Positions 43,328 to 55,039 are shown, numbered from the whole stretch's first letter. The stretch: DNA of 61,875 nt, filler included, from 9 parts of 9 records of this genome joined end to end with filler, not necessarily neighbours in it, one strand, 5' to 3'. Numbers and translations: made by a program. The notes: generated from the letters alone by a model not told the origin.

Positions 43328-46300
43328 ATGAAATTGACTAAAGACGCGTGGGAACAGTTAGATTCCAATCATCACCCCATTTTAGTGGCGGCGGCCCTTA
43401 TTCCCCCTCCGATTTCTCTAGATATATGGGCCAAGGCGACATCTCTTTCTTCCGTAACCATACTTCAATCGGCTGAAAAATTCGTGTCCAAGAGGCTCAT
43501 GACTGTCTATGAACCGTTGGGGATCGGGTATTATTACTTTAATGATCCCACCATGGTTGACACGATATTGAAATGGACCGACTCAGAAAAGACAACGGCC
43601 ATTGCAACGCGGTTGGTTCATCTCTTTGAATCGGAATATCCCCAAGGGGCTTCCCGATGGATGGCATTGGCCTATCTCTACCAGACCGCCCGCATCGAAC
43701 CCTTGGACGCGTCTGTATTGATACAGGCTGCCGAGCATTGTTTACGCCAGCATCTTCAAGACGATGCGGCAGTCTATTATCAGTTGGTGATCGATTTAAC
43801 CTCCGCCCCCCGACGCAGTCCAAGGCCAAAGAGGCTTATGTCGATGCAGTTCTCGGACTATCCCGGCACAAAGGGAAAACCATCCCGTTGGAAGCGCAAC
43901 AAAGACTTCTGTCCACCGCACTGACCCATGCAAGATCGATGGGTGATACGGAGCGTACCGCCCTGGTGATGGCATATCTTGGAAAGGTGTATAAACGACT
44001 CGGCAATTATAAAAAGGCTGCCGTCATCTATGAGAACGCTTGGGGCAAGGCGTCTGAAACCGGTTCCAACAAGGTAAAAAAACATGTTGCATTGGCTTCC
44101 ACTGATTTTCTGTTCTGGCAGGGTCGTCTCTCCGATGCCATCAAACGCTATGAATATGTATTGGGCAATCTGGAAAAACTGCCGGAAGACGAACCCTCTT
44201 TGCTGGCATGTGCCCAGCTGGGTTGGATCTACGGGAAGTGCGGTCAGACCGGCCGGGGAATCGGACTTATCAATTCCGTATTGGAAAAGGCGAATGAGTT
44301 AAAACTGGAACGCCTCACCTACAGCTCAAAAGTGCTTGCCATCAATACCCTCCATGACGCCAGACGAAATGCAGAAGCAGAACCCATTATCGATGAGTTG
44401 CTGGAAATCCCCCATGAAAAGCTGGATCGTTGGATTTTGTGGCCGTTATATGCGGCCAAAGCCTATGTTCACTGTTACCGCGGGGAGTACGAGCAGAGCT
44501 TTACCATGCAAAGCAACGCGTATGACAATGCCAAAGGATTCGGCAATCTGCACCATCGCGGGCCGATTAACTTTGATTACATCGATATCCTTGAGAGAGA
44601 GGGATTTATTCATCCGCACATGAATTATGATGGAGAAGTGGCGCGGGTACTGAATTGGCCGGACATCTATATGCAGGGGTTGGATACTATTATCGCGCCA
44701 AAAGGGCTTTGAGGAAAACTGGACCGACCGGCAAGGTGCGCGATGATTTAAACCGGAGTATCCAACTGCTCACCCAATCCGGTGCCAAGCTGGACCTTGC
44801 CTATTCCCAGCTTCTGCTTGGGCAGGTACTGATTCGGATCAGTGAACATGAGCAGGCCGAGCCGTTATTAAAAGCGGCCTGGTCCGTGCTTCGGTATGTC
44901 AATGAAGCGCTTTTCCCGGATGACATGCGATCGATTGTATACGGAGAAGATCATGATGTGTTTCTGCTCAATCCCTTGATCGAAATCAGTGAAACATTGG
45001 GAAGAATTAGAAACCGTCGAAAACTTCTCAAACATATCATCACCTTGACTCTTCAACTCACCGGAGCGGAACGAGGGGCTTTTTTTGTCAAGTCAAAAGA
45101 GCAGACAATTGAAATGATCGCCAGTCGAAATTTCGATCCCAAACAGTTTCAATCCAAAGTCTATCACAAAGTGATGAAGAGCATTGAAGCGGTGATGGAG
45201 AGCGGAAATGACATCATCACCACCCAACGATCCAAAACCGCATCGGATACGAATAGCAGCGGCCATGGGTGGCAAATTGCCTATCCCGTGAAATTGCAGG
45301 GATCGCTTCTGGGCGCTTTTTTTCTGGAGCGGAATTTAGATGGGGCTGCCGTGTCCGATAGAACCCTTTCTCTGCTCAAGGCCATATCCACGCAGGTTGC
45401 CGTTGCATTGGACAATGTCCGGGCATACGAAGAGATCGCCAAATTAAAGGATCAATTGGAAGCGGAAGCGCTCTTTTACAGAAATCAGCCGTCCCGGTCA
45501 AATCAGGCAAAGGATATTATCGGAGAGTCGGAGAAAATCAAGGAGGTCATGGCCAAAATTTATGATGTCGCCCTTTCGGATACAACCGTACTGATTATTG
45601 GAGAGACCGGCGTGGGAAAAGAGCTGGTGGCAAAAGCCATACATCAACTGAGCCCAAGATCCGGCGGGCCGTTTATCCCCATCAGCATCACCTCTTTGAA
45701 TGAAAATCTCATCAGCAGTGAACTGTTCGGTCATGAAAAGGGGGCATTTACCAACGCCATGAGAACCCACCTCGGACGATTTGAATTGGCGAACAAAGGC
45801 ACCCTGTTTCTAGATGAGATCAACTCCCTTTCATTGGACGTCCAAAGTAAATTATTGCGGGTCCTTGAGGAGAAATCCTTTGAGCGAGTTGGCGGGTCAA
45901 CACCCATTAAAACCACCTTTCGCTTGATTGCCGCCACAAATGAACCCCTTGATGACGCCGTGAACAAGGGGAGGTTTCGGCCGGACCTCTACTATCGATT
46001 GAATGTCTATCCCATTCTTGTCCCCCCATTGCGGGAACGAAAAGAGGATATTCCAACCCTCATCTCCTTTTTTGTGGAACAATATAATCGGAAATTCAAC
46101 AAACAGTTCAAAAATATCAACAAGCACTCATTGCAGAGCCTGATGACCTATCACTGGCCGGGGAATGTCCGGGAGCTCAAACATACCGTGGAACGGGCGG
46201 TTCTCTCCTGCAAGCACAAACAACAACTGAGTTTTGAGAGTTTTAATGGAAATGTTTCAGCCCCAAGTGGAGCGGCAAAGATCATGACGTTGAAAGAGAT

Positions 46301-46460
46301 GGAGCGGCAATACATAATAGAGGCGCTATCACGATGCGATTGGAAAGTCAGCGGTGAAGGCGGCGCAGCAAAATCTCTGGATGTCCATCCCCAGACGCTG
46401 TTTTCGAAAATGAGACGATTGGGGATTAAAAAATCGAGTCAGGGACTCAGCAGCTCTTGA
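43328..46460 (+). CDS. Large TPR-GAF-AAA+-HTH sigma54-type activator (apparent frameshifts near 43810 and 44685)
   Basis: TPR-like helices, GAF (LTGAERGAFF), GETGVGKE, ELFGHEKGAFTNA, WPGNVREL and a Fis-type HTH. Confidence 0.88.
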
Positions 46461-46600
46461 TTTACCACAGCTGAACGCCCCTTCTCCATTCATGGAGTAA
46501 GAGATGAGGGTGAGGTGGGGTGTGAGTGGGAAATCAATAATCGCTGACTCCCATAATGAATTGAAAACGAGTATTTCAACACCTTAATCTAAAAAAACTA

Positions 46601-46655
46601 TTGACAAAACAAATTCAGACAAGTAAAGCAATAAATAAAGCGAGCGCTCTATTTA
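46601..46655 (+). promoter_or_regulatory. Sigma70-like promoter followed by a TetR-like palindromic operator
   Basis: TTGACA at 46601. TAAATAAAGCG-AG-CGCTCTATTTA (46632-46655), arms matching 10 of 11. Confidence 0.55.
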
Positions 46656-46875
46656 ATAATGCACAATCACTTGTGACCACACGACCCTCTACTCGCCTTT
46701 TTTTACTGTTGAACACATCGAATTTTTCAGACTGTCATATGCTTTACCGAAACCTGCAAGAAAGGATGGAAAAGCATAGCAACCAATAGACAGGCAAATC
46801 AGGCTCCACCCCGGATTTGACCCCATTGAAACCTAATCCGGGGAATAAGAAATTTTAATCATCGGGAGAAAAATC

Positions 46876-48438
46876 ATGACAATAGGTACATACGAAGACT
46901 ATAAAGACAGACTTCTCAAAATGAAACCCAACGTCTATTTAAATGGGAAAAAGATAGATCGTTCCGGTGACTGGATTGACGGCGGATGTTATGTCATGAA
47001 ACAAACATACGATTATGCCAACGATCCGGAGTATGAGGATGTCTGCACGGCAACCTCCCATCTCACCGGCAAGAAGATCAGCCGCTTTACCCATATCCAC
47101 CAGTCAAAGGAAGATCTTCTCAATAAGCAGATGATGACCCGCCTGCTGTGTCATCGTGTCGGCGGCTGTACCCAGCGCTGCATGGGAGTGGATGCCTTGA
47201 ACGCCCTTGCCGTTGTCACATACGACCTTGATCAGGCGTGCGGGACAAATTACCATGATCGCTTTAATAAATACCTTCTCTATTCCCAGGAAAACGATCT
47301 GGTGGCCAACTGTGCCCAAACCGATGTCAAAGGCTCGCGAAATCCCAAATACAAAAGAGCCCATATGCAGCCTGATCCGGATCAGTTCGTCCGTATCGTC
47401 AAAACGGATGTGGACGGCGTGGGTATCGATGGAAAGCCCTGTAAAGGAATTATCGTTCGCGGAGCCAAAATTTGTAATTCAAATGCCCCTTACGTGGATG
47501 AAATCATCGTCACGCCCACCAAATTCATGGGAAAAGGCGATGAGGCCTATGCGGTTTCATTCGCCCTACCGGGAGACTGGGACAACGTGAAATTGATGGC
47601 CCTTCCCGGAAAGCATCATAAAAGAAAACAGTTGAAAGCCCCCTTTGCCGAAGTCGGGGATGTAGAGTCCCTCACCATTTTCGATGACGTGTTTGTTCCT
47701 GAAGAACGGGTATTCCTGAACGGATATGATCATCCCGATGCATTCCAGTATGCCGGATATCTGGCCCTCATGTTCGCCCATTTTCACAGACACTCCTACA
47801 CGGGATGTAAAACTGCCGTTTCCGAAGTGATTGCGGCCCAGGCCGCTCTGGTTGCCGATGTCAACGACATTGCCAAGGAGCATCATGTCCGGGATAAAAT
47901 ATGCGATATCATCAGTACGGCAGAGCTTGTTTTTGCTTCGGGGCAGGCATCTGCATTTCGCGCAGTGGAGTTTCCTAACGGGTCCTGGGTTCCGGATGAA
48001 ATCTTAACCAATGCCGGGCGTAAACTGGCCGGACAGAAAATTTATCATGAATATGAGACATTGGCAGATCTCACCGGCGGTGTTTGTGCCTCATTGCCGA
48101 CGGAAGAGTCTTTCTACGATCCTGAGACTGCGGCGCTTTGCAATAAATACATTGTCCGTAATCCTGCATATACCCCTGAAGAGACCCACAGAGTGATGCG
48201 TATGATGGAAAACAAACTGTGTGACGCCTTTGAAGGCGCGCAGGCCGTTGCCGGTGTCCACGGAGGCGGTTCCCCTTTGATGGAAACCATTACCATGATG
48301 AGTCGGTACGACCTTGAACCATTGAAAAATATCGCAAAATTCCTTGCCGGATTTGACGATGTTAAATTGCCGCGGTTCGAGCGTGAAACCGCAACGCCCA
48401 GAGCGATGCTGGATCGATTCAAAAAAACCGAAAAATAA
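46876..48438 (+). CDS. abfD: 4-hydroxybutyryl-CoA dehydratase-like protein (HpaB/AbfD fold, FAD and 4Fe-4S)
   Basis: Fe-S ligand motifs GGCTQRCMG and HRHSYTGCK, plus QTDVKG and HGGGSP. Confidence 0.8.
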   Translation: MTIGTYEDYKDRLLKMKPNVYLNGKKIDRSGDWIDGGCYVMKQTYDYANDPEYEDVCTATSHLTGKKISRFTHIHQSKEDLLNKQMMTRLLCHRVGGCTQRCMGVDALNALAVVTYDLDQACGTNYHDRFNKYLLYSQENDLVANCAQTDVKGSRNPKYKRAHMQPDPDQFVRIVKTDVDGVGIDGKPCKGIIVRGAKICNSNAPYVDEIIVTPTKFMGKGDEAYAVSFALPGDWDNVKLMALPGKHHKRKQLKAPFAEVGDVESLTIFDDVFVPEERVFLNGYDHPDAFQYAGYLALMFAHFHRHSYTGCKTAVSEVIAAQAALVADVNDIAKEHHVRDKICDIISTAELVFASGQASAFRAVEFPNGSWVPDEILTNAGRKLAGQKIYHEYETLADLTGGVCASLPTEESFYDPETAALCNKYIVRNPAYTPEETHRVMRMMENKLCDAFEGAQAVAGVHGGGSPLMETITMMSRYDLEPLKNIAKFLAGFDDVKLPRFERETATPRAMLDRFKKTEK

Positions 48439-48640
48439 GATTAACCGAATTTGTCAAGTCTTGTCTCTAAGTTGCCTTGTAGAATGAACAAAAGCTAATG
48501 ACAGTGAAAAAGGATTGCCGTTTTTCGTAAACTCGGATAATGCAGAAAAATCCACAATCGATGTGCCCTCTTCTCAAATTATATGTTCTTCACGGAAAAT
48601 GAGAGAAAAGAGACAAACCAAAAGGGAGTTGAGTGCAAAA

Positions 48641-49162
48641 ATGATCAGAAAATTTAACAAAATTCTATTTGCCACCGATTTGTCAGCCAACTGTAAACAC
48701 GCGTTTACTTATGCATCCAGTCTGGCAGCTCATTATTGCGGCAGTATCACGCTACTCCATGTGATGGAAGAGGTAACGGAATCTCTGGACTCAAAACTGA
48801 AAGGGTTGCTAGGAAAAGAAAAATGGGAAATGATGCAGCAAAAGCAAAAACATGAGACCCGATCCATTCTCATCGGCAAGCAGAGCGAGCTGGGTCAAAT
48901 CCGGAAAGCCCTCTCCACATTTTCGGAAGGAGCCCTATCCAATGAATGCCAATTTTCTGTTGAAAACATCCTTGTCAAATCGGGAAATGTGGTTGACACC
49001 ATCATTGAAACCTCGGTGGAAGAGTCATGTGATCTTATCATCATCGGGTCCAATAAAAAGATGTTCACCGACACCATTTCACTTGGAAAACGGGCACAAC
49101 TGTTGTTGAAGCGCTCACGAATTCCGATAATGATGGTGCCGCCCGTTGAGAATGATGAATAA
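48641..49162 (+). CDS. Universal stress protein
   Basis: KILFATDLS, TLLHVME, CDLIIIGS and IPIMMVP motifs. Confidence 0.92.
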   Translation: MIRKFNKILFATDLSANCKHAFTYASSLAAHYCGSITLLHVMEEVTESLDSKLKGLLGKEKWEMMQQKQKHETRSILIGKQSELGQIRKALSTFSEGALSNECQFSVENILVKSGNVVDTIIETSVEESCDLIIIGSNKKMFTDTISLGKRAQLLLKRSRIPIMMVPPVENDE

Positions 49163-49320
49163 AATCATTTTCAGACAAAAGCACCAAAACGTTTATATGA
49201 AAGTCTGCGTAAACCGCAGANNNNNNNNNNNNNNNNNNNNNNNNNNNNNNNNNNNNNNNNNNNNTTAATTAATTAANNNNNNNNNNNNNNNNNNNNNNNN
49301 NNNNNNNNNNNNNNNNNNNN

Positions 49321-49625
49321 GGTACGGTTTTTCGGTAATAAGTAGAGGAGGAATAATCGACGGCTTCAAGTTGGTGGAAGGACGCTCTGTGCGGAAATAC
49401 ACCGATGAACAAGACGCTGCACAGGCAGTACAGGATGAAGGTTTTGATCCCTATGCTCACAAGGTCCTTGGGATAACTGCCATGTCAAAACTGCTGGGAA
49501 GATCACGTTTCAATGAAATCTTGGGTTCGTTCATTTACAAGCCCAAAGGCAAACCAACGCTTGTGCCGGAGAGCGATAGAAGACCGGCAATTATAACAAC
49601 AGACTTTAACGACAAGGAGAACTAA
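49321..49625 (+). CDS. DUF2800 (Cas4-like phage exonuclease), C-terminal fragment
   Basis: GFKLVEGRSVRKY...GITAMSKLLG...KPKGKPTLVPESDRRPA. Confidence 0.8.
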
Positions 49626-49627
49626 TT

Positions 49628-50179
49628 ATGTCTACAACAAAAGTAATCACCGGAAAAGAGACCAGATGGTCATATGCAAATATATGGGAACCAAAATCCA
49701 TTAATGGGAGCACCCCGAAGTATTCAGTCTCTCTTATCATCCCTAAAAGTGATAAGGCAGCTGTCGGTAAAATCAAGACAGCAATTGAAGCTGCTTACAA
49801 GGAAGGTGAAGCCAAGCTGAAAGGTAATGGAAAATCTGTTCCAGCTTTTAAATCTTTAAAGAAACCCCTGCGTGATGGTGATATCGAACGCCCGGATGAT
49901 GAGGCATATGAGAACGCATTTTTCATTAATGCCAACAGCACCACAGCTCCTGGCATCGTTGATAAGGATGTAAACCCGATACTAAATCGAAGTGATGTGT
50001 ACTCAGGAGTGTATGGAAGAGCATCTATCAACTTCTATGCCTTTAACTCGAATGGGAACAAGGGCATTGCCTGTGGTCTGCAGAACCTGCAACTCATAAA
50101 AGCAGGTGAGCCTCTAGGTGGCAAGGCAAGCGCTGAGAGTGACTTTGCCACCATCGATGATGATGACTTTCTATTCTAA
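49628..50179 (+). CDS. DUF2815 phage single-stranded DNA-binding protein (T7 gp2.5-like)
   Basis: RWSYANIWEP, KYSVSLIIPK, PLRDGD and GNKGIACGL motifs, with an acidic tail ending in F. Confidence 0.88.
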   Translation: MSTTKVITGKETRWSYANIWEPKSINGSTPKYSVSLIIPKSDKAAVGKIKTAIEAAYKEGEAKLKGNGKSVPAFKSLKKPLRDGDIERPDDEAYENAFFINANSTTAPGIVDKDVNPILNRSDVYSGVYGRASINFYAFNSNGNKGIACGLQNLQLIKAGEPLGGKASAESDFATIDDDDFLF

Positions 50180-50258
50180 ATATTTTTCATAAGTCCTCCT
50201 CCGGGAGAGCGGCAGTCTGTTAGGCTGCTACTCTCCCACCTTTATAAGGAAAAACAAC

Positions 50259-52196
50259 ATGAAATACATCAGCGTGGATTTAGAGACGTATTCCTCGGTG
50301 AATCTGGCAAAGAGCGGAGTTTATCGGTACTGCGAGGCAGATGATTTTGAGATTCTGCTATTCGGATACTCCATAGACGGTGGAGAGGTACAAGTCATTG
50401 ATTTTGCTCAAGGTGAGAGAATACTAAAAGAGATCATTGAAGCTTTAACTGATAAGAAAATTATTAAATGGGCATTCAATGCAGCATTCGAGCGTATTTG
50501 TCTTTCCAGGTTTCTCGGGCTTCCTACTGGAACCTACCTTCCCCTGAATCATGGCGCTGTACGATGATCTGGTCTGCATATCTTGGGCTTCCATTATCCC
50601 TAAAGGGAGTTGGAGCAGTACTGGGTTTAGAACAGCAGAAATTAACTGAAGGTAAGAGGCTTATCAAGTATTTTTGCATGCCCTGTAAACCGACCAAGGT
50701 GAATGGAGGGAGAACAAGGAATCATCCTGATGATGCCTATGATAAGTGGGAGCTCTTTATTGAGTATAACCAACGCGATGTAGAGGTTGAGTTGGGAATT
50801 CACAAACGTCTATCAAGATTCCCGGTCCCTGAAGAGATCTGGGAAGAATATCATCTGGACCAGAGAATCAATGACCATGGGGTGCTCATCGATAGGGATC
50901 TGGTTACAAGTGCCATCACAATGGACAAGAAATCTCGGGAAGAGTTAATCTCCCGCATGAAGGCAATCACCGCTTTAAGTAATCCGAATTCTGTTCAGCA
51001 GCTGAAGAAATGGCTTGATGATAACGGATTAGAAGTTGAATCCCTGGGCAAGAAAGATGTAAAAGAGCTCCTTAAAACGGCTCCTCGGCCTTTTCAGGAA
51101 GTGCTGGAACTTAGGTTACAGCTTGCTAAATCCTCTGTGAAGAAATATCAGGCAATGGAGAACGCAGTCTGTAGTGATGGTAGAGCTCGAGGAATGTTCC
51201 AATTCTACGGGGCCAATCGTACAGGGAGATGGTCTGGGAGATTAATTCAATTACAGAATCTTCCACAGAATCATTTTGATGATCTCGAATCTGCTAGAGC
51301 TCTGGTGAAAATCGGGAATCATAAAGCTGTAAAGATACTCTATGAAGATGTACCCGATACACTTTCCCAGCTTATTCGCACAGCCTTTATCCCTAGGAAA
51401 GGATATAGATTCATTGTCTCCGACTTCTCTGCTATTGAAGCACGGGTACTTTCCTGGCTTGCAGGAGAGACCTGGAGAATGGATATTTTCAGGGATAATG
51501 GTGATATCTACTGTGCTTCAGCATCCCAGATGTTCAGGAAACCTGTAGTTAAATATGGGGAAAATGGTCACCTAAGGAAGAAAGGTAAGATAGCCGAACT
51601 GGCTCTTGGGTATGGCGGCTCTGTTGGGGCTCTTAAGGCTATGGGAGCTTTGGAATCAGGTATGCATGAGGATGAGCTCAAACCCCTTGTTGATGCATGG
51701 AGACAATCTAATCCAAATATCGTGAAGTTCTGGTGGGCCGTTGATAAGGCAGCAATGAAGGCTTTAAGGGGTAAGACATCAACGAGTACTCATGGTATCC
51801 GATTCTCCTATGAAAGCGGATTTCTCTTCATTACCCTCCTCCGGACGAAAACTTGCATATGTAAAACCTCGTATTGGTATTAATCAATTCGGAAGGGACT
51901 GTGTCACTTATGAAGGTATTGGAGGAACAAAGAAATGGGATCGTATTCATACATATGGCCCAAAGTTGGTGGAAAATATTGTTCAAGGAATCAGTCGTGA
52001 TCTGCTCAGTTTCTCGATGAGCAAGCTCAAAAAATATCACATTTGCATGCATGTTCACGATGAGGTAGTAATTGAAGCGCCTTTAGATTTGGATCTAAAA
52101 ACCATAACAAATCACATGTCAATTACACCGCCGTGGGCAGATGGACTAGAGCTTAATGCTGATGGCTATGAAACACTATTTTACCGAAAGGATTAA
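50259..52196 (+). CDS. Phage-type family A DNA polymerase (apparent frameshifts near 50545 and 51835)
   Basis: Exo I DLETYS, RTGRWSG, motif A SDFSAIEARV, motif B RKKGKIAELALGYGG and motif C HVHDEV. Confidence 0.92.
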
Positions 52197-52198
52197 AC

Positions 52199-52594
52199 AT
52201 GAACATACGCAACCATGAAGGATATCTTGATCCAACACCTTACAAAGCAATCAAAGCTCTCGAGAAAAAGAAACGACCACATTTCGATTTTCACCCTCTT
52301 GTGTATATCTGTTCTCCCTACGCTGGGAACATTTCTGAAAACATCAGAAACGCTAGACGTTACAGTAGATTTGCTGTCCAAAAGGGATATCTTCCCATTA
52401 CCCCTCACCTGCTCTTCCCACAGTTTCTTAATGATGCAATGCAAAGGGAACGAGATCTCGGGATGTTTTTCGGCATCGTACTCATGAGCAAATGTTCTGA
52501 AGTCTGGGTATTCGGGGATTACATCAGTCCGGGGATGAAAACAGAAATTGAATATGCTGACCGGAAAGGATATCGGGTGAAGCATTATTGTTAG
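52199..52594 (+). CDS. DUF4406/DUF7768-like nucleoside deoxyribosyltransferase-fold protein
   Basis: NHEGYLDPT, VYICSPYAG, PHLLFPQF and CSEVWVFGDYISPGMKTEI motifs. Confidence 0.75.
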   Translation: MNIRNHEGYLDPTPYKAIKALEKKKRPHFDFHPLVYICSPYAGNISENIRNARRYSRFAVQKGYLPITPHLLFPQFLNDAMQRERDLGMFFGIVLMSKCSEVWVFGDYISPGMKTEIEYADRKGYRVKHYC

Positions 52595-52706
52595 TGCTTT
52601 TCAGAAATAGAAAACTAATAAATATTAATGATTTTTACTCATCATTATCATGATATCATTAACGAGTAGTAAAGTGCATAAGTTAATAAATCAAGGAATA
52701 AAAATC

Positions 52707-53744
52707 ATGCCAATAGATTTATTTGTGTTGCAAGTAGAAGAAAATAAACTTCACCAGAACTTTAAACAGCTATTGCAGCCTAAATTTGAACCAGCTAGAA
52801 TTCTATTAAATCAATGGGCTGAAAATTTTATAGATCGAGATAATAAACTTGTAAAAGAATTTCAAACTACTTTCAACTCTGTTTTCTGGGAAATATACTT
52901 ATGTAATTTATTTACTGAATGGGGGTTATCAATCGATTTCACCCATCAGTCTCCTGATTTCAATGTAAATGAGTATGGTGGGATTAGTGTTGAAGCTACA
53001 ATAGCAAATAATGCTATAAACACGCAGCCAGAATGGACATACTCGGGGAAGAACCTTGAAGTTTATGATTTCTCATCTCCTGATAAATTTGATGAATTCA
53101 TCAACGCTTCAATAATTAGACTTTCAAACGCTTTTAAAAGTAAATTATCAAAATATAGGTGTTCTTATTCTAACCTCCAGCATGTACAAAGAAAACCTTT
53201 CGTTATTGCAATGGCACCTTTTGATCGGCCCTTTTTTTCATGCAAAATGAAAATGCTATTGGGCAATTGCTTTATGCTCAAAGACTAAGAAAAGACAAAA
53301 AAAGAAGCCTATTACATGGAAGAAATTAATTTCATTGAAAAAGATAATGGGGCTCAAATAGATCTTGGATTATTCACTGATGATAGATGTTCAGAAATTA
53401 GTGCTGTGATTTTCTCAAATGTTGCTACTTTTGGTAAAGTTGAGGCTTTAGCAAATTCTATTAAACCATTTCCAATAAATTTCCTTTGGGTAAGATATAA
53501 TAAGGATGGTTTTGATCAACCTCATAAAGGATTTTCACCTGGATCAGAGTATCATGAAACCATTGATGATGGGATAAGTATTTTCTTAAATCCATTTGCA
53601 CGGCACTCGGTGCCTAAAGAATTCTCAAGCCTATTCCAAACCGTAAACAAGGGTCCTTTCGACACAGAATCCGACAATAATTCATTGCTTTTCAGGCAAT
53701 CTTATAGAATAAGATTTGGAAACGATAAACTAACCAGTGTTTAA
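52707..53744 (+). CDS. Hypothetical PD-(D/E)xK-like protein (apparent frameshift near 53240)
   Basis: FQTTFNSVFWEIYL...SPDF...VEATIA, KPFVIA and ISAVIFS motifs. Lower GC than the upstream module. Confidence 0.6.
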
Positions 53745-53955
53745 CAGCTAATAACGATACAAGGTGATACGGGCGAAGATTGCATCCAGAACCAAATAAA
53801 CACCTTCAACGCAAAGTCTATTTTATAATCATATTATAGTTATTAAGACAAGTTATGCGAAGCTTATTAGTAAGCCTTTTCACAACTTTTATCTACTTGG
53901 CACTTGACTATCTATGCCATGCCATTTATATTTATTTATATTAGAAGAGGTGCTT

Positions 53956-54351
53956 ATGAATAAAATTGACTTAGGGAATTTCACAACATACATTTTAACC
54001 ACTGGAGAGCCGAGTGTTTCGATTACAAAAAATGGAGTAACTTTCAACAAGGCAGCTATTATCAAGCTGGAAAAACCTGAATTTGTAAGGGTACTATTCG
54101 ATTACGAACACAAACTTATGGTTATCATAGGAAGCGAGAAAGATGAAGAAGGTGCAACACTTTTCCTCTCCCCTACAAAAAAAGTAATTAGTGTTCGTTG
54201 GAATAATCAAGATCTCCTAAATTCGATATGCGAGATGATGGATTGGAAAATCAGTGAGTTCACATACCGAGTAAATGCACAACATGATAAAGATCAAAAC
54301 TTATTATTATTTAATTTTGCAGATGCAAAATTAAATAATAATGAAAAATAA
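53956..54351 (+). CDS. Hypothetical small beta-rich protein with its own promoter
   Basis: RBS GAGG. TTGACT (53904), 17 bp, TATATT. Sequence PSVSITKNGVTFNKAAI...VRWNNQDLL. Confidence 0.75.
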   Translation: MNKIDLGNFTTYILTTGEPSVSITKNGVTFNKAAIIKLEKPEFVRVLFDYEHKLMVIIGSEKDEEGATLFLSPTKKVISVRWNNQDLLNSICEMMDWKISEFTYRVNAQHDKDQNLLLFNFADAKLNNNEK

Positions 54352-54486
54352 AAAGCAAATGCCACAGAACAACTGCAATTGTATCCGTGGCATTTATAAG
54401 GTTTGACATTTTGGTGGAAACTGTCAAACATCGACTCGACTGAGTTTGTGTAACAGATCTTAAATGTCAATGCTGTATATTTAGCA
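54350..54486 (-). ncRNA. Candidate small RNA, about 135-140 nt
   Basis: Minus-strand TTGACA (54520-54515), 17 bp, TATTAT. Internal hairpin, then a long terminal hairpin with G-U pairs and a U-tract. No RBS-supported ORF. Confidence 0.55.
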
Positions 54487-54746
54487 TTAAAATAATACGT
54501 CGTTGATAGCTTTTTGTCAAGTTTGCATTATCTCAGAATAAAATGAGGAATTTAATAATGAGAATTATTATTAAAAGAACAATACGCCCTTATTATGTGC
54601 GTATTCGTATCACTAGAATTGTTCGATACTAATAATCGAGCATAAATCCCTTTGTCTGAAGATGCTTTGCATTCACTTTGTCTAGAAGTTATTATACACC
54701 CTCTGGTTTCTTCTAGACACGATTTTCCATAGAGGAGTTATAAACG

Positions 54747-54989
54747 ATGTCAAAAAAGAAGGACAGGACAATTTACTGGAAGCCTGAAAAAGGTTGGGCG
54801 GATAAAAGAAATGGCGCTAGTAGGCCTGATAAATATTATCCAACCCAAAAAGAAGCTTATGATGCTGGGAAAAGTCATCTAGGGAACCAAGGTGGTGGTG
54901 AAATTTCAATTAAGAGAAAAGATACTGGTCAAATACGTGAGAAAAATACAATCTCTCCAGGAAATGATCCATACCCACCAAAAGGTTAG
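54747..54989 (+). CDS. DUF2188 family protein
   Basis: GWADKRNGASR...TQKEA...GEISIKRKDTGQIREKNT...GNDPYPPKG. Confidence 0.85.
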   Translation: MSKKKDRTIYWKPEKGWADKRNGASRPDKYYPTQKEAYDAGKSHLGNQGGGEISIKRKDTGQIREKNTISPGNDPYPPKG

Positions 54990-55008
54990 TAAACAATAAT
55001 TCAATTCT

Positions 55009-55039
55009 ACCAAGATCTACAGCAGATCTTGGTTTTTTT
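55009..55039 (+). terminator. Intrinsic terminator
   Basis: ACCAAGATCT...AGATCTTGGT followed by T-run. Confidence 0.8.

Larger units (their letters stand above)
49321..52594 (+). mobile_element. Prophage/ICE DNA replication module (truncated)
   Basis: Conserved phage-type order DUF2800, DUF2815, family A DNA polymerase, DUF4406-like. Confidence 0.75.

Noticed and set aside
46876-48438. 4-hydroxyphenylacetate 3-monooxygenase (HpaB) call
   Set aside because: Fe-S ligand motifs CxxxC and H-x6-C are present and the host looks anaerobic, which favours an AbfD-like dehydratase.
49321-49625. Cas4-like DUF2800 as evidence of CRISPR-Cas
   Set aside because: It is a standard phage replication/recombination gene next to SSB and PolA. 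No array is seen in the window.
54296-54432. Small minus-strand ORF (MFDSFHQNVKPY...) inside the candidate sRNA
   Set aside because: No RBS, and it runs through the terminator into the antisense of the neighbouring gene.
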